Virus record (IMG/VR): IMGVR_UViG_3300033073_001881
Coordinates: 23,017-87,016 of that record
Reading direction: 5' to 3' (one strand)
Length of the DNA stretch: 64,000 nt
Source: a virus
Lineage: Duplodnaviria; Caudoviricetes
Positions 1-9,250 of the stretch are shown here, one piece after another. Position 1 is the first letter of the stretch; every line of letters starts with the position of its first letter. The notes beneath the pieces were generated by a model, which did no database searches, had not been told where the DNA came from, and worked only from the letters and a program-made list of their open reading frames with translations. The translations under genes were made by a program, and so were the position numbers.

Positions 1-161
1 TAAGTGTATTCGCCATTTCCTTGAACAGGAGGAGTAAATGTTTCTTCACCTGCTAATGTTCTCTTAGCTAAGTAGTCACCAAGCTTTCTTTTAGCAGGTC
101 TTTGAAGATCCTTGCCATCTTCATCAAGGATAAATTCGTTTGGTCCTATTCCTGTTGGCAT
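1..161 (-). CDS. Partial CDS running off the window start (MPTGIGPNEFILDEDGKDLQRPAKRKLGDYLAKR...); probably a tail/baseplate protein downstream of the tape measure gene
   Basis: Hand translation is open from ATG at 161 to the window edge. TAATG overlap with the upstream ORF and CAGGAG SD 7 nt upstream. Function inferred from position only. Confidence 0.7.
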   Translation of the reverse strand, partial: MPTGIGPNEFILDEDGKDLQRPAKRKLGDYLAKRTLAGEETFTPPVQGNGEYT

Positions 162-391
162 TATTTAGCTCCTGTTTTATCCTTAATTGCCGATGCAAGT
201 TCCTCCTCAGTAAAATTAGACTGAGAAATTTTATTTGAAAAACCGTTAATGGCACCAGTTGCCAGACTTAGAAGTGAAGCTACCGCTTCATCAACTTGCA
301 ATAATTCTTCTGGTTTTACCTTGCTTCTAAGCGCAATCCAGACTGGATTGTTTTCTAATTCTTGTTTAAGATTTTCTTGATAATTTTTCAT
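161..391 (-). CDS. Hypothetical protein, 76 aa
   Basis: ATGA overlap with the tape measure stop and TAATG overlap with the next gene; same strand as the operon. Confidence 0.7.
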   Translation of the reverse strand: MKNYQENLKQELENNPVWIALRSKVKPEELLQVDEAVASLLSLATGAINGFSNKISQSNFTEEELASAIKDKTGAK

Positions 392-3300
392 GTGTATTTT
401 ACACCATTGTACATTCCGTCGTAAAGGTTGTTGTCAGGACTATAAGTAGGATCATTGAACTTAGTTAAAAGGTCCTTCACTTCCTTGTTTCCTTTTTTAA
501 CCTGACTATTGGCAACCTTGAAAATATCATTTACGAATTCTTCCGCCTTGAATGTCACGCCCATATTGATCGTGATGTTTATAGGTTTGTGTTCCATTTC
601 AATTTTATCACGATGAACCTGTAGCTTATTTGAAAGCTTATCAATTACGACGTCCATTGGAGTGACATCAAGCCTTGATAGAAGTTCATCAAGCTCTTTA
701 ATATCTGCGGTCGCATCAACAAGAATTTTGACTATACCTTCTGTATAAGCAGTTTTAAATGAATTCATTGCCAAGGAAAGATTTTCAAGAATATGAATAC
801 CTGACATCATTCCTTCCATAGTTCCAGTCGAATTTAAAGCTGAGGCTGCAATTTGCATGACATTAGTAATTGAATTCGATATTTCGCTTGCAATTTTTTC
901 GAATCCTGCCTTGAAAGAACCAGAAACAGTTGCAACAGTTCCATCAAATATTCCAAGAAGTTTGGAATTTAAATCACCTAATCCGTTTAGAAGACCGTCT
1001 GTGAAGAATCCACCGATATCTTCTGCTTCTTTAGATGGAGAATGAATTCCAAAAACGTCTTTTAGTGAATCAATTACTCCAGAACCGATTTCTCCTACTT
1101 TGGTCGACATATTTGATATGCCTGACATGAAACCTTCAAGAACGTTCTTTCCTAATGATGAGAATTCATCAAAATTTAGAAAGTCACTGATGTAAGCCCA
1201 AGTTTCATTCATCAAATCCCATATTTTTGTAGGCAGTCCTGACAAGGTGCTCATAAGTCCATCGACCATAAATCCGCCGAATTCTGCCATTACAGTAGAA
1301 GGGCTATTAATTCCCCAATAGCTTGCAAACGCAGTCCATATATCGTCGAACCACTTATTTAAATAGTCGTCTAATTTAACAAGTCCCTTCCATAATCCAA
1401 TCGCCATATCGATACCGACGTTAAATAAATCTTTTACAACGCCAGATAGTCCTTTATCCAAAAAGTAATTCCACATTTTTTCTAATTTAGAATTAATTAC
1501 GTAACCAATTGATTCAAACAATGTTAAAACGTATTTTAATCCATCAGTCAAAATCCAGATAGCGACTTTTTTACCAATTTGCAAAATCGAATCAAGAACA
1601 TTTGGAATGATGTCAGTAAAAAATGAAATCGTGGAATCCCAAACAAAAGAAAACATAGAGTCAATTAACTTTTCAAGTCCAGCCCCCGCTTTTGCTCCAT
1701 CATTGGCAACTGACCCAGAACCGAATATTCCACTTATCCATTCACCAAAACCAGTAAACATTCCGAATATATTGTTTAAAGACTTATTAAAAGAATCTTT
1801 AAATCCTGTTAGACCCATGTCATCAAGCATTGTGTCAAATTTAGCCTTGATATCAGCAGTAAATTTCGCGATAGAATTAATAACGTCATCTGACATTAAT
1901 CCGAAAGTTAAAGCGTCTATAATACCAGCGACTCCAATGCCCGCTTGAACTGCTGCATCGTCATATGATTTTCTTAATTCATTTCCAATAGTTTCAGACA
2001 TTTCAGACATTTTACTGCCGGCTTGGGCTGCAAGGACACCAATTGCGACCGGCCCGGCTATTTTGCTAAAGACACCTAATACTTTTGACAAACCAGGTAT
2101 TGCGGCTTCCATACCGGTAGAAAATCTTGTAATCATCGTCTTACCAGCCTTTCCAGCAGCAACACCAGCAGTGCCTGTCGCTGTTCCACCAGTAAATATT
2201 GAAGTTACTGACGACCAAAAGCTTGTTGCTATTCCTTTTAAGGCAGTTTTTGCTATACCAAAAATAAAAAAGTCAAACATAAGTGACATAATTTTGTCAC
2301 CATGTTTTTCCCAAACCACCTTGACAAGTTCAATTAGCGCGGTGCCGATTTCCATAGCAGAATCAGATATCTGATTTATTATTGGCATAATAACGCTAGA
2401 GAAAAAACCTTGCGCTTCAGTAGGTATTTTAGGATTTTTAATAAAATCTGTTATTTGCTTAATACCAAGAGTTAATTGCTCGCCAATTTCCTTGATTAAA
2501 AACTTAAAAATTGATCCGATAGTTTTTGCAAACGATTTTAATCCTGACATGAATTTAGAACCAGCAGCGCCATCACCGCTTAGTTGATCAAAAAAGTCAT
2601 TAATTTTTTTCTTAAAGTCTTCAAGAGCAGTTGATGGGTCGCCTTCTAAACTTACAAAAAGATTAGAAAGAGCAGCAGAAAATTCACTAATAACATTTTT
2701 AAATTTACCATCACCAAAAAAATCATGCATTGCACCCAGCATTGTTTTTACGCCTGGGAAAGCATTTACAAAAACATCACCGACAGCTCGACCTGCATGT
2801 CTAACAGCAATTAGAGCACCGCCAATATCATGAAGAACCTGTCTCATTGGTCCGGCTCTTGAAACTCCTTCGCCAAAACCTGTAATAAATTCTTGCATGA
2901 AAGAGCCGCTATGTTGTAGCTGCTCAATAACTCTTTCAATATTTTTGCCTAATTTTTCAAAAATTTCAGCCTGTGTTTTTTGCTTTTGACCGCTTTTGTC
3001 AGCTTCTTTTTGAATTTCTTCATAAGATTTTCCAACGTTACTTGCCGAGAAAGCTGTTCTTACTAAGTTTTCATCCATTCCTGTAAGAGTTGCAAGTTGC
3101 TTAATTTGCGCCTTGTTCATATTTTCGGCGGATGCACCAGCTTGCATCATTTGTTGTCTTAAATATTCGAATTGCTTTGCTGGATTTTCTTCTTTCATCA
3201 TTCTCATTGGATCAATGATAGCTCCAAACGACTGTGCAAGTTTTGAAGCGTTCGTAGCAGCAGTTTCAAAATCTGCGAATTGATCCATTATTCCAACAAC

Positions 3301-4353
3301 ATCTTTTAATTCAAGGCCAAAAGATCTTACTGAAACTGAAGCTGTTGCCATTTGTTCTTTTGTAAGCCTTCCAAATTTGCCCGATTGAGTTGTAAGGAAT
3401 GCCATATCTCTTGCTATATCTTTTTGCGATATTCCAAATTTATCTGCTAAATCTTCGGCAACATTTGCCATCTTTGTCATTTCTCTATTAAAATCAGTTC
3501 CCATAGCTTTGGAATGATTTATAAGAGCTCTCATATCTTCGTCAGATAGCCCGAGACCTTTCTTGAAAACAAGAAGATCGCCAGCTGCATCTTTAAATTT
3601 ACGACCTAACAAATTAACAGCAGGACCTAAAGCGACAGCCATGCTCAAAGATTCACGAATTGCTGCGGCGGTTCCGCCAGGTCCTAATCCAAAGACCCTG
3701 CCAATTGAAAGCCCAGACGCCTTTAATTCTTTTGACATATCTTGGGTGGCGTCTATTACTTGTTTTGAAAATCCTCTACCGATATCACCAAATTGTTTTC
3801 TTACTTCTTCTTTGGCCACAGCAATTTCATAACCGGCAGTTGCTAGTTCGGCCGCTTTATTCATAATAATATCGAATATTTCAACAAACGGCGCTAATAA
3901 AGATTTTCCTATTTGAAAAGCCGAATTTCCCAAGTCTGAAAATGTAGTTATTAACAGCTTGCTTTTAACAATCATGTTGTTAAAGCCAGAAGTAGTTAAT
4001 TTAAAAAGAAAATTAAATGATTTTTCTAATTGATTTACTTCTTTGTCGGCATCCCACAAAGAATAATAAAAATCATTTGAATTTTTTGAAGCGTCCGATA
4101 AACCCGAATTCAATAATTCGAATGTTGATACAGAATTTTTTGCTGATTTTTCTGCAGCATCGAGGCCTGCTCTAATTTCATTAAGATTTTCGATGACATC
4201 ATTAAGACCATTATTGTTTAGCGTTTCCTTTAATTGCAAAGCTAAATTAATTTGATCTTCTATTAAAGATGCCTGTTTTGTTTGAAGTCTTAGTCTTGCT
4301 TCAATAGCTTCGTTAATTTCAAGCTGAATTTTAAGATTATCAACCTCTGCCAT
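388..4353 (-). CDS. Tail tape measure protein, 1321 aa
   Basis: Long helical Ala/Gly/Leu-rich protein with Trp/Phe-spaced segments and hydrophobic stretches. Lies after tail tube and chaperone genes. AAGGAG SD. Confidence 0.88.
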   Translation of the reverse strand: MAEVDNLKIQLEINEAIEARLRLQTKQASLIEDQINLALQLKETLNNNGLNDVIENLNEIRAGLDAAEKSAKNSVSTFELLNSGLSDASKNSNDFYYSLWDADKEVNQLEKSFNFLFKLTTSGFNNMIVKSKLLITTFSDLGNSAFQIGKSLLAPFVEIFDIIMNKAAELATAGYEIAVAKEEVRKQFGDIGRGFSKQVIDATQDMSKELKASGLSIGRVFGLGPGGTAAAIRESLSMAVALGPAVNLLGRKFKDAAGDLLVFKKGLGLSDEDMRALINHSKAMGTDFNREMTKMANVAEDLADKFGISQKDIARDMAFLTTQSGKFGRLTKEQMATASVSVRSFGLELKDVVGIMDQFADFETAATNASKLAQSFGAIIDPMRMMKEENPAKQFEYLRQQMMQAGASAENMNKAQIKQLATLTGMDENLVRTAFSASNVGKSYEEIQKEADKSGQKQKTQAEIFEKLGKNIERVIEQLQHSGSFMQEFITGFGEGVSRAGPMRQVLHDIGGALIAVRHAGRAVGDVFVNAFPGVKTMLGAMHDFFGDGKFKNVISEFSAALSNLFVSLEGDPSTALEDFKKKINDFFDQLSGDGAAGSKFMSGLKSFAKTIGSIFKFLIKEIGEQLTLGIKQITDFIKNPKIPTEAQGFFSSVIMPIINQISDSAMEIGTALIELVKVVWEKHGDKIMSLMFDFFIFGIAKTALKGIATSFWSSVTSIFTGGTATGTAGVAAGKAGKTMITRFSTGMEAAIPGLSKVLGVFSKIAGPVAIGVLAAQAGSKMSEMSETIGNELRKSYDDAAVQAGIGVAGIIDALTFGLMSDDVINSIAKFTADIKAKFDTMLDDMGLTGFKDSFNKSLNNIFGMFTGFGEWISGIFGSGSVANDGAKAGAGLEKLIDSMFSFVWDSTISFFTDIIPNVLDSILQIGKKVAIWILTDGLKYVLTLFESIGYVINSKLEKMWNYFLDKGLSGVVKDLFNVGIDMAIGLWKGLVKLDDYLNKWFDDIWTAFASYWGINSPSTVMAEFGGFMVDGLMSTLSGLPTKIWDLMNETWAYISDFLNFDEFSSLGKNVLEGFMSGISNMSTKVGEIGSGVIDSLKDVFGIHSPSKEAEDIGGFFTDGLLNGLGDLNSKLLGIFDGTVATVSGSFKAGFEKIASEISNSITNVMQIAASALNSTGTMEGMMSGIHILENLSLAMNSFKTAYTEGIVKILVDATADIKELDELLSRLDVTPMDVVIDKLSNKLQVHRDKIEMEHKPINITINMGVTFKAEEFVNDIFKVANSQVKKGNKEVKDLLTKFNDPTYSPDNNLYDGMYNGVKYT

Positions 4354-4368
4354 TGAAGCTCCTTACTT

Positions 4369-4375
4369 TATTTAT
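4369..4375 (-). promoter_or_regulatory. Putative late promoter ATAAATA upstream of the tape measure gene
   Basis: Matches the recurring ATA[ACT][AT]TA motif and the core of the T4 late promoter TATAAATA; followed by SD and ATG. Confidence 0.55.
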
Positions 4376-4390
4376 CATAACATCTAATTT

Positions 4391-4630
4391 TTAGATATCC
4401 CAATCATAGCCCGTAATATTTTTAAATCTAAAAATGGCCTCTTTTCTTCTCTTAATGGCAGTTTGTGTTTCATCAAAATTAGATTCTTTTATTAATTTTT
4501 CGTAAAGATCTTTCGATGACTCGATTACTTCGTGTAATGCTGCCGCAGCGCGAGGAGAACTGGTTATTTCAAGTTCTCGTCTCGCGCCGGTGATATATTC
4601 AAGAATTGCAAGTTTAAGATCGTTTTCCAT
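4391..4630 (-). CDS. Hypothetical protein, 79 aa, possibly leaderless
   Basis: Fills the gap between the chaperone locus and the tape measure gene. No SD; ATAATTA (4636-4642) lies 5 nt before the ATG. Confidence 0.7.
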   Translation of the reverse strand: MENDLKLAILEYITGARRELEITSSPRAAAALHEVIESSKDLYEKLIKESNFDETQTAIKRRKEAIFRFKNITGYDWDI

Positions 4631-4655
4631 AAGTTTAATTATTATTAACTAAAGT

Positions 4656-4937
4656 TTATGTAAATCGTCTTAACTTAGATGGAACATTTTCTCTAGATCT
4701 ATTTTGAAGAGCTCTAACATCAGGTGTATTGTGATGAAGAGCCCTGGAATTTCCATCACCTTTTTCGTTGGATTTTTTAATTTCTTCGTTGATTCTTCTA
4801 ATGAACCATATTCTATAAGAAACTGGAATATTGTAGCATTCCCAGTAGCTTAATCCCATATAATAACCAAGAAGAAATGCATGCTCCAGAAAAATTTCTT
4901 TATCGCCCGGAGTCAGGCCAAAAAAATCCGGCGCCAA
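4656..4937 (-). CDS. T-like second reading frame of the tail assembly chaperone (C-terminal extension, probably reached by frameshift)
   Basis: Overlaps the 3-prime end of 4900..5733 in the +1 frame across a U7 run, has only a TTG start, and sits in the lambda G/T position before the tape measure gene. Confidence 0.75.
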   Translation of the reverse strand: MAPDFFGLTPGDKEIFLEHAFLLGYYMGLSYWECYNIPVSYRIWFIRRINEEIKKSNEKGDGNSRALHHNTPDVRALQNRSRENVPSKLRRFT

Positions 4938-5733
4938 GAGGAATTCTTACCTCCGAACTCTCAGAGCATGAAGGACAATCCATATATGACTTCATGTCAA
5001 TTCCTGGCTCATTTTGATCAATAATTTGACGAAGAGTCAATGAATCTCTTGCAGGCATGCTTCTAATGAAAGAAGAAATTAGATTCTTATCAGTTTTGCC
5101 ATCAATAGACTGAATAGAGAATTGCAATCTTGTTGTTACCAAAGTGTCTGTTAGACCGCCAACTTTCTTCTTTCTTTCCTGAATTGCGAGGAGCTCTTCT
5201 TCGTCTGCGCCGGTAAGAAATTTAAATCTTACAACTTTTTTAGTCACAGGCAGCGTTACTTCAAACAAGTTTTGATTTTCTACGGCAGGACTTAAATTTA
5301 ATGGCTTAATTTCCAAATCGGATAAATTAAATGTCTGTTTTGACTTTGTCTGGCAGGATGGGCATTCAACCTCAACATTATAATCAGCACCATAACCAGT
5401 AATTCTTAAAGCAACCATCAAAGCGTTTCTATCACCGGATAACATGCTTGAAACGTCAATTCTTTTATCAACTAAGCAAGACTTAATAAGTTCGGTAATA
5501 ACTGTTCCTTTTTTAATTAGGGCTCGAGAAGTAAGAATATCTTCCTCACGAGCAGTCATAGCTTTTACATCCACTGTTTCACAAAGATGCAAAGGCGAAT
5601 CAGATGAATAAACTAAACCTCTAGATGGCAATGGAATTGATTCTACAGGAATATCAAAACCAAAATCATCTTTCATAACATCACGAGTTGGAACACCACC
5701 AAAAACCTGATTACGCTCATTTCTCTCTGACAA
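4900..5733 (-). CDS. Tail assembly chaperone, T4 gp26/gp51-like, 277 aa
   Basis: Two CPSC motifs (zinc-binding) and MTAREEDIL; position between tube and tape measure genes. TTG start with GGAGG SD 5 nt upstream. Confidence 0.78.
   Translation of the reverse strand: MSERNERNQVFGGVPTRDVMKDDFGFDIPVESIPLPSRGLVYSSDSPLHLCETVDVKAMTAREEDILTSRALIKKGTVITELIKSCLVDKRIDVSSMLSGDRNALMVALRITGYGADYNVEVECPSCQTKSKQTFNLSDLEIKPLNLSPAVENQNLFEVTLPVTKKVVRFKFLTGADEEELLAIQERKKKVGGLTDTLVTTRLQFSIQSIDGKTDKNLISSFIRSMPARDSLTLRQIIDQNEPGIDMKSYMDCPSCSESSEVRIPLGAGFFWPDSGR
4918..4929 (-). other. Candidate programmed frameshift site GGA TTT TTT TGG (+1 or -2)
   Basis: Seven consecutive T on the minus strand (4920-4926). Frame 0 reads G-F-F-W-P-D-S-G-R-stop; the shifted frame reads F-F-G-L-T-P-G-D-K. 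Confidence 0.7.
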
Positions 5734-5776
5734 GAAAACCTCCGATAATAGTTGATTAAATTATCGGAGGTTTTCT
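5733..5776 (-). terminator. Perfect 17-bp inverted repeat: intrinsic terminator-like hairpin after the tube gene that also sequesters the chaperone SD
   Basis: AGAAAACCTCCGATAAT (5733-5749) and ATTATCGGAGGTTTTCT (5760-5776) with a 10-nt loop. On the minus strand the GC core is followed by UUUUCUUG. Confidence 0.8.
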
Positions 5777-5803
5777 ATGAATGTAAACTACTAATTTAAT
5801 AAA

Positions 5804-6292
5804 TCAGTACTGAAGAACACAATTATCCATCTGCAATGTGAGAGCAATTTCGGTTGCTTCCTCAGCATTATAGTCGAGATCATTGAATGTTGCGTTGGTA
5901 ATCTGGGCACCTTTGATGTCCCAAAGTTCAACGACGGTTCCAATAGGATCAAGCATTTTTAGCTGAATATCGCGCTTGTAGAAATCGGCATATCCTGCAC
6001 GGCCTGAAACTGATTCATAGTGAGTGCGAATCCATTCCATAACCTGCTGGGCACCTGAAGGTGCAATTGGATCGTAAAGCACAACATTCATTGTGCTAAA
6101 CTTTGCCTTTCCTGCAATGTAGCGAACTGTGTTAATCCAGTGGATTTCCTGCTGACCAATTTCTACAGTTGGTCTAGCAGTTGATTTTACGAGAAATGCG
6201 TCGATGCCCTCAATAGCAAGAACCCAGCGAAATTTACGCTTTGGTTCGAATCTATTAGGAAGCATGTCTGTGACTGAAAGTGTTTCTGCCAT
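5804..6292 (-). CDS. gp19: Tail tube protein, T4 gp19-like, 162 aa
   Basis: FEPKRKFRW, YIAGKAKF, LYDPIAPSGAQQVMEW, YKRDIQLKMLDPIG; directly follows the sheath gene. Confidence 0.92.
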   Translation of the reverse strand: MAETLSVTDMLPNRFEPKRKFRWVLAIEGIDAFLVKSTARPTVEIGQQEIHWINTVRYIAGKAKFSTMNVVLYDPIAPSGAQQVMEWIRTHYESVSGRAGYADFYKRDIQLKMLDPIGTVVELWDIKGAQITNATFNDLDYNAEEATEIALTLQMDNCVLQY

Positions 6293-6311
6293 GATACTAA
6301 CTCCTTATTCC

Positions 6312-6318
6312 TAAGTAT
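6312..6318 (-). promoter_or_regulatory. Putative late promoter ATACTTA (tail tube)
   Basis: Motif followed by AAGGAG SD and ATG. Confidence 0.65.
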
Positions 6319-6331
6319 TCATTTACCTGAA

Positions 6332-9223
6332 CTAAATCTCGACACCTGGGTTAGAAACAACGAAGTCTAGAGAGATAAATTCCACTGAACGGGTTGGTTG
6401 AATGAAAATCTTCCCACGAATTGTATTGTTTTCAACATCGGCCTGAGAGGTTGTTGTTGTGTCGATCTTAACCTTGTATCTATCGACACCCTGCTGAGCC
6501 TGGACCTGCTTAAGAATAGGATCAACAAGTGCTGAGAATCTTGCAAGTGTTGTTTCACGATTTGGCTCAAAAAGAATAGTGTTGGCAACATTTCTTACTT
6601 TTCTGCGAAGATCGATAAGAAGTCGACGAACGTTTACTCTATCTAAAGATGAAGCTCTTGCAAGAAGTGTCTTTTGACCATAAACCAAAGGAATCGCTGA
6701 ACCTGGGATGGTTGTGATAGGGTTGATATCAGCATCATAAAGAACATCAAGATTATCTCTATTAAGCTTTGTCTGTGTTTCAATAACAGTACTTAATGCA
6801 CCGCGAGTAAAACCAGCTGGTGCAAACCAAGGATATGCAATCGAGTCGTTAAGACCGAAAGCTCCAAGAACTGCTACTGATGGAGGACATACAACATTTG
6901 TGCTTGTGGTAGGATCTGTTATAACAACATCTGGGAAGTATGCTGCTGCAAAAGATGTGTTAAGGTGTCTATTCTTCAAGCCATTTGCAGTAAGTGACAC
7001 AGATACAGTGTCTGTAGATCCTGTGATAACGCTGTCATAGATATTTTTCTGCTCGATATCCATAATGTAGATTGCGTCGAATCTTGTAGTTGTAGCATCG
7101 ATTGCGTAATCTGTTACACCTGGCTCTCTAATACCTGGAATGGCAAGAATTTGAATATCGGCAAAAGATTTATCTGATAGAATATCGATAGCTTTTCTAT
7201 AAGCCGCGACCGTTGAACCATCAGGACCGCCTTGAGTTGAAACATAATCCATTTCACGAGCTGCTGCGTTATCGGTTAGTTTGGATTTGTCGCCATTGAA
7301 AATATTGACACCATCAAAACCGCCTTGAACATAGAAGCTAAACTTAAGGAACTTTCTTGTACTAAAATCCTTAAAATCATTTTCTACATCAACGAATCTA
7401 TCCATGCCAGCAGACAATACGCCATCTCTTGCGTAAGAGGCTTCGGACCATTTGTTTGGATCAGGATAACCAGTGACAGCTGATTCTTTAACCTGAACAT
7501 TTTCAAGTGAGAATCCATTGTTATTGTAAGTATCTGCACTTGCAGAGGTTAATTGATTAGCATTTCCAACCAAATATCTGCTAAAATACTTTGTCAATGA
7601 TTCAATGTTGTTGTCAGTATATGTGTTCTTGTTTGGCTCTAAAAGAGAATTATTTACCTCGAACTGAACTCCCCAATGCAGGTTTGGAGAAGCGTTCGCT
7701 GCGGTTCCTGTTCCTAAACCAATTGTTTTTCTAAATGGAACTGGTATCATCTTAACATCACTAATAGTACTTAGATTGTCTGCGATATCAAGATATTCAA
7801 CACCTCTGAAGCCCATTGGCAATGAATTGGCAGGAATTTCCATATTTTCGACATCTTCATCGATTTCTACACGAATGTAAGATGACTTATTATTGTAGCT
7901 TCCTTCCTCAACAATTTTCTGAGCGCCTGTGACACGATCAAAATCGTAATAACGCTTCATGTCGCCAATGGCTTTTCCAATGTATCTGTCTGACGATGGG
8001 TTAAGTGTCAATCCAATATAGGATTCGAGAACCATTGGAACATCATCAGTGTCACCAAAATCTCTTACATAAAGATCGAAAGTTCCAAATTCAGATGAAG
8101 GATCTGAAGAAGGTGTGATATTTCTAATAGAGATCTTGAATGTTGTATTGGCGTATTCTCCATCATCAAGAGCATGGATTTTGAAGAGATTTTCTGATAC
8201 TCCACCAAACTTTTGAGAAACAACCCAAGATGAGTTTGCAGTTTGGAATCTATCTTCAAAACCATCAAAGTTAGGAATAGATGTTGTGCCAGTATTAAAT
8301 GAGTTGATGCCTGGAAGGATGAAAGCAGCGTCAGCGCCAGTTCCTAAGCCTAAAGAAATGTCTGTTGCGACATTTGTTCCTGTTACAACCGCATGCGCCG
8401 AATAAACATCGTATGTTGTGTAAAGGTAATGGCCTGATTTCTCAATTTTAGTTGGATCTGTATTAAAAACATTTCCAAAATAATTTGGTGCCTGAGGATC
8501 AAAGCTTGCCGTAATGATGTTTGAATAAGCTGATGTAGCCAAATGACCGCTTAAAAGAAGAACGAATTCCTGAAGCCCGGATGTAAGGCCGTCAGTGTAT
8601 CTTACTGTTCCAACAGGATCACCATAAGCAGCGCCTGGAGTGCCTGATGGCAAATCATTAGAAGCCAATGACGATGATAAAACTGGCAAAACTCCACTTG
8701 GCGCAAATAGGACACCTCTAAGAACAGGTATCGCATCAGCTGATGGCTGAGAACCGGCTGTGGAAAATATGTCAGAGCCATCTGAACCTGACATGTAGCA
8801 TCCTAAGAAATAAGTTTTTCCTGAATAGCTACCGACTGCGTATGGATTTGCTCCAATTTGTCCATCAGCCTGAATCTGCTGCGATCCAACTACGAAACCG
8901 GCATTATTGACTTTTCCGACATTCTCTCCGGTTGTTGTTCTCTTTTTTGCATCACCAACACCAAGAACTTTGAGATAAGTACCAGCTTTTGCTGTTCTTA
9001 GCCATTCGTTCATTGCTATTGGACCAAATTTTTCTCCATCTGATGGTCCAAATTTATTGACAAAGTCAGTATAACTTGCAACAGTGGTTGGAACAAATGC
9101 TGGACCGCGCAATGATGTGCCAACTACGCCTGCTGGCACTCCTTGCGGAATAGCCGATGTAGGACCAGAAAGATCAATTTCTCGCGTTCCAACACCTGGA
9201 CTTTTAAAAGTAAGTTCTGCCAT
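6332..9223 (-). CDS. gp18: Tail sheath protein, second paralog, 963 aa
   Basis: SPGV N-terminus, GTSLRGPAFVP, C-terminal PWFAPAGFTRG, INPI, GQKTL, LDRVNVRRLL, FEPN and IQPTRSVEFI sheath motifs. Confidence 0.95.
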   Translation of the reverse strand: MAELTFKSPGVGTREIDLSGPTSAIPQGVPAGVVGTSLRGPAFVPTTVASYTDFVNKFGPSDGEKFGPIAMNEWLRTAKAGTYLKVLGVGDAKKRTTTGENVGKVNNAGFVVGSQQIQADGQIGANPYAVGSYSGKTYFLGCYMSGSDGSDIFSTAGSQPSADAIPVLRGVLFAPSGVLPVLSSSLASNDLPSGTPGAAYGDPVGTVRYTDGLTSGLQEFVLLLSGHLATSAYSNIITASFDPQAPNYFGNVFNTDPTKIEKSGHYLYTTYDVYSAHAVVTGTNVATDISLGLGTGADAAFILPGINSFNTGTTSIPNFDGFEDRFQTANSSWVVSQKFGGVSENLFKIHALDDGEYANTTFKISIRNITPSSDPSSEFGTFDLYVRDFGDTDDVPMVLESYIGLTLNPSSDRYIGKAIGDMKRYYDFDRVTGAQKIVEEGSYNNKSSYIRVEIDEDVENMEIPANSLPMGFRGVEYLDIADNLSTISDVKMIPVPFRKTIGLGTGTAANASPNLHWGVQFEVNNSLLEPNKNTYTDNNIESLTKYFSRYLVGNANQLTSASADTYNNNGFSLENVQVKESAVTGYPDPNKWSEASYARDGVLSAGMDRFVDVENDFKDFSTRKFLKFSFYVQGGFDGVNIFNGDKSKLTDNAAAREMDYVSTQGGPDGSTVAAYRKAIDILSDKSFADIQILAIPGIREPGVTDYAIDATTTRFDAIYIMDIEQKNIYDSVITGSTDTVSVSLTANGLKNRHLNTSFAAAYFPDVVITDPTTSTNVVCPPSVAVLGAFGLNDSIAYPWFAPAGFTRGALSTVIETQTKLNRDNLDVLYDADINPITTIPGSAIPLVYGQKTLLARASSLDRVNVRRLLIDLRRKVRNVANTILFEPNRETTLARFSALVDPILKQVQAQQGVDRYKVKIDTTTTSQADVENNTIRGKIFIQPTRSVEFISLDFVVSNPGVEI

Positions 9224-9243
9224 AATTTCTCCTTGCCTCTTAC

Positions 9244-9250
9244 TAAGTAT
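9244..9250 (-). promoter_or_regulatory. Putative late promoter ATACTTA (second sheath gene)
   Basis: Motif followed by AAGGAG SD and ATG. Confidence 0.65.

Noticed and set aside
161-391. N-terminus MKNYQE resembling the T4 capsid-targeting sequence MKTYQEF
   Set aside because: Short match with no following F-I-x-E, and the gene sits in the tail module; likely chance.
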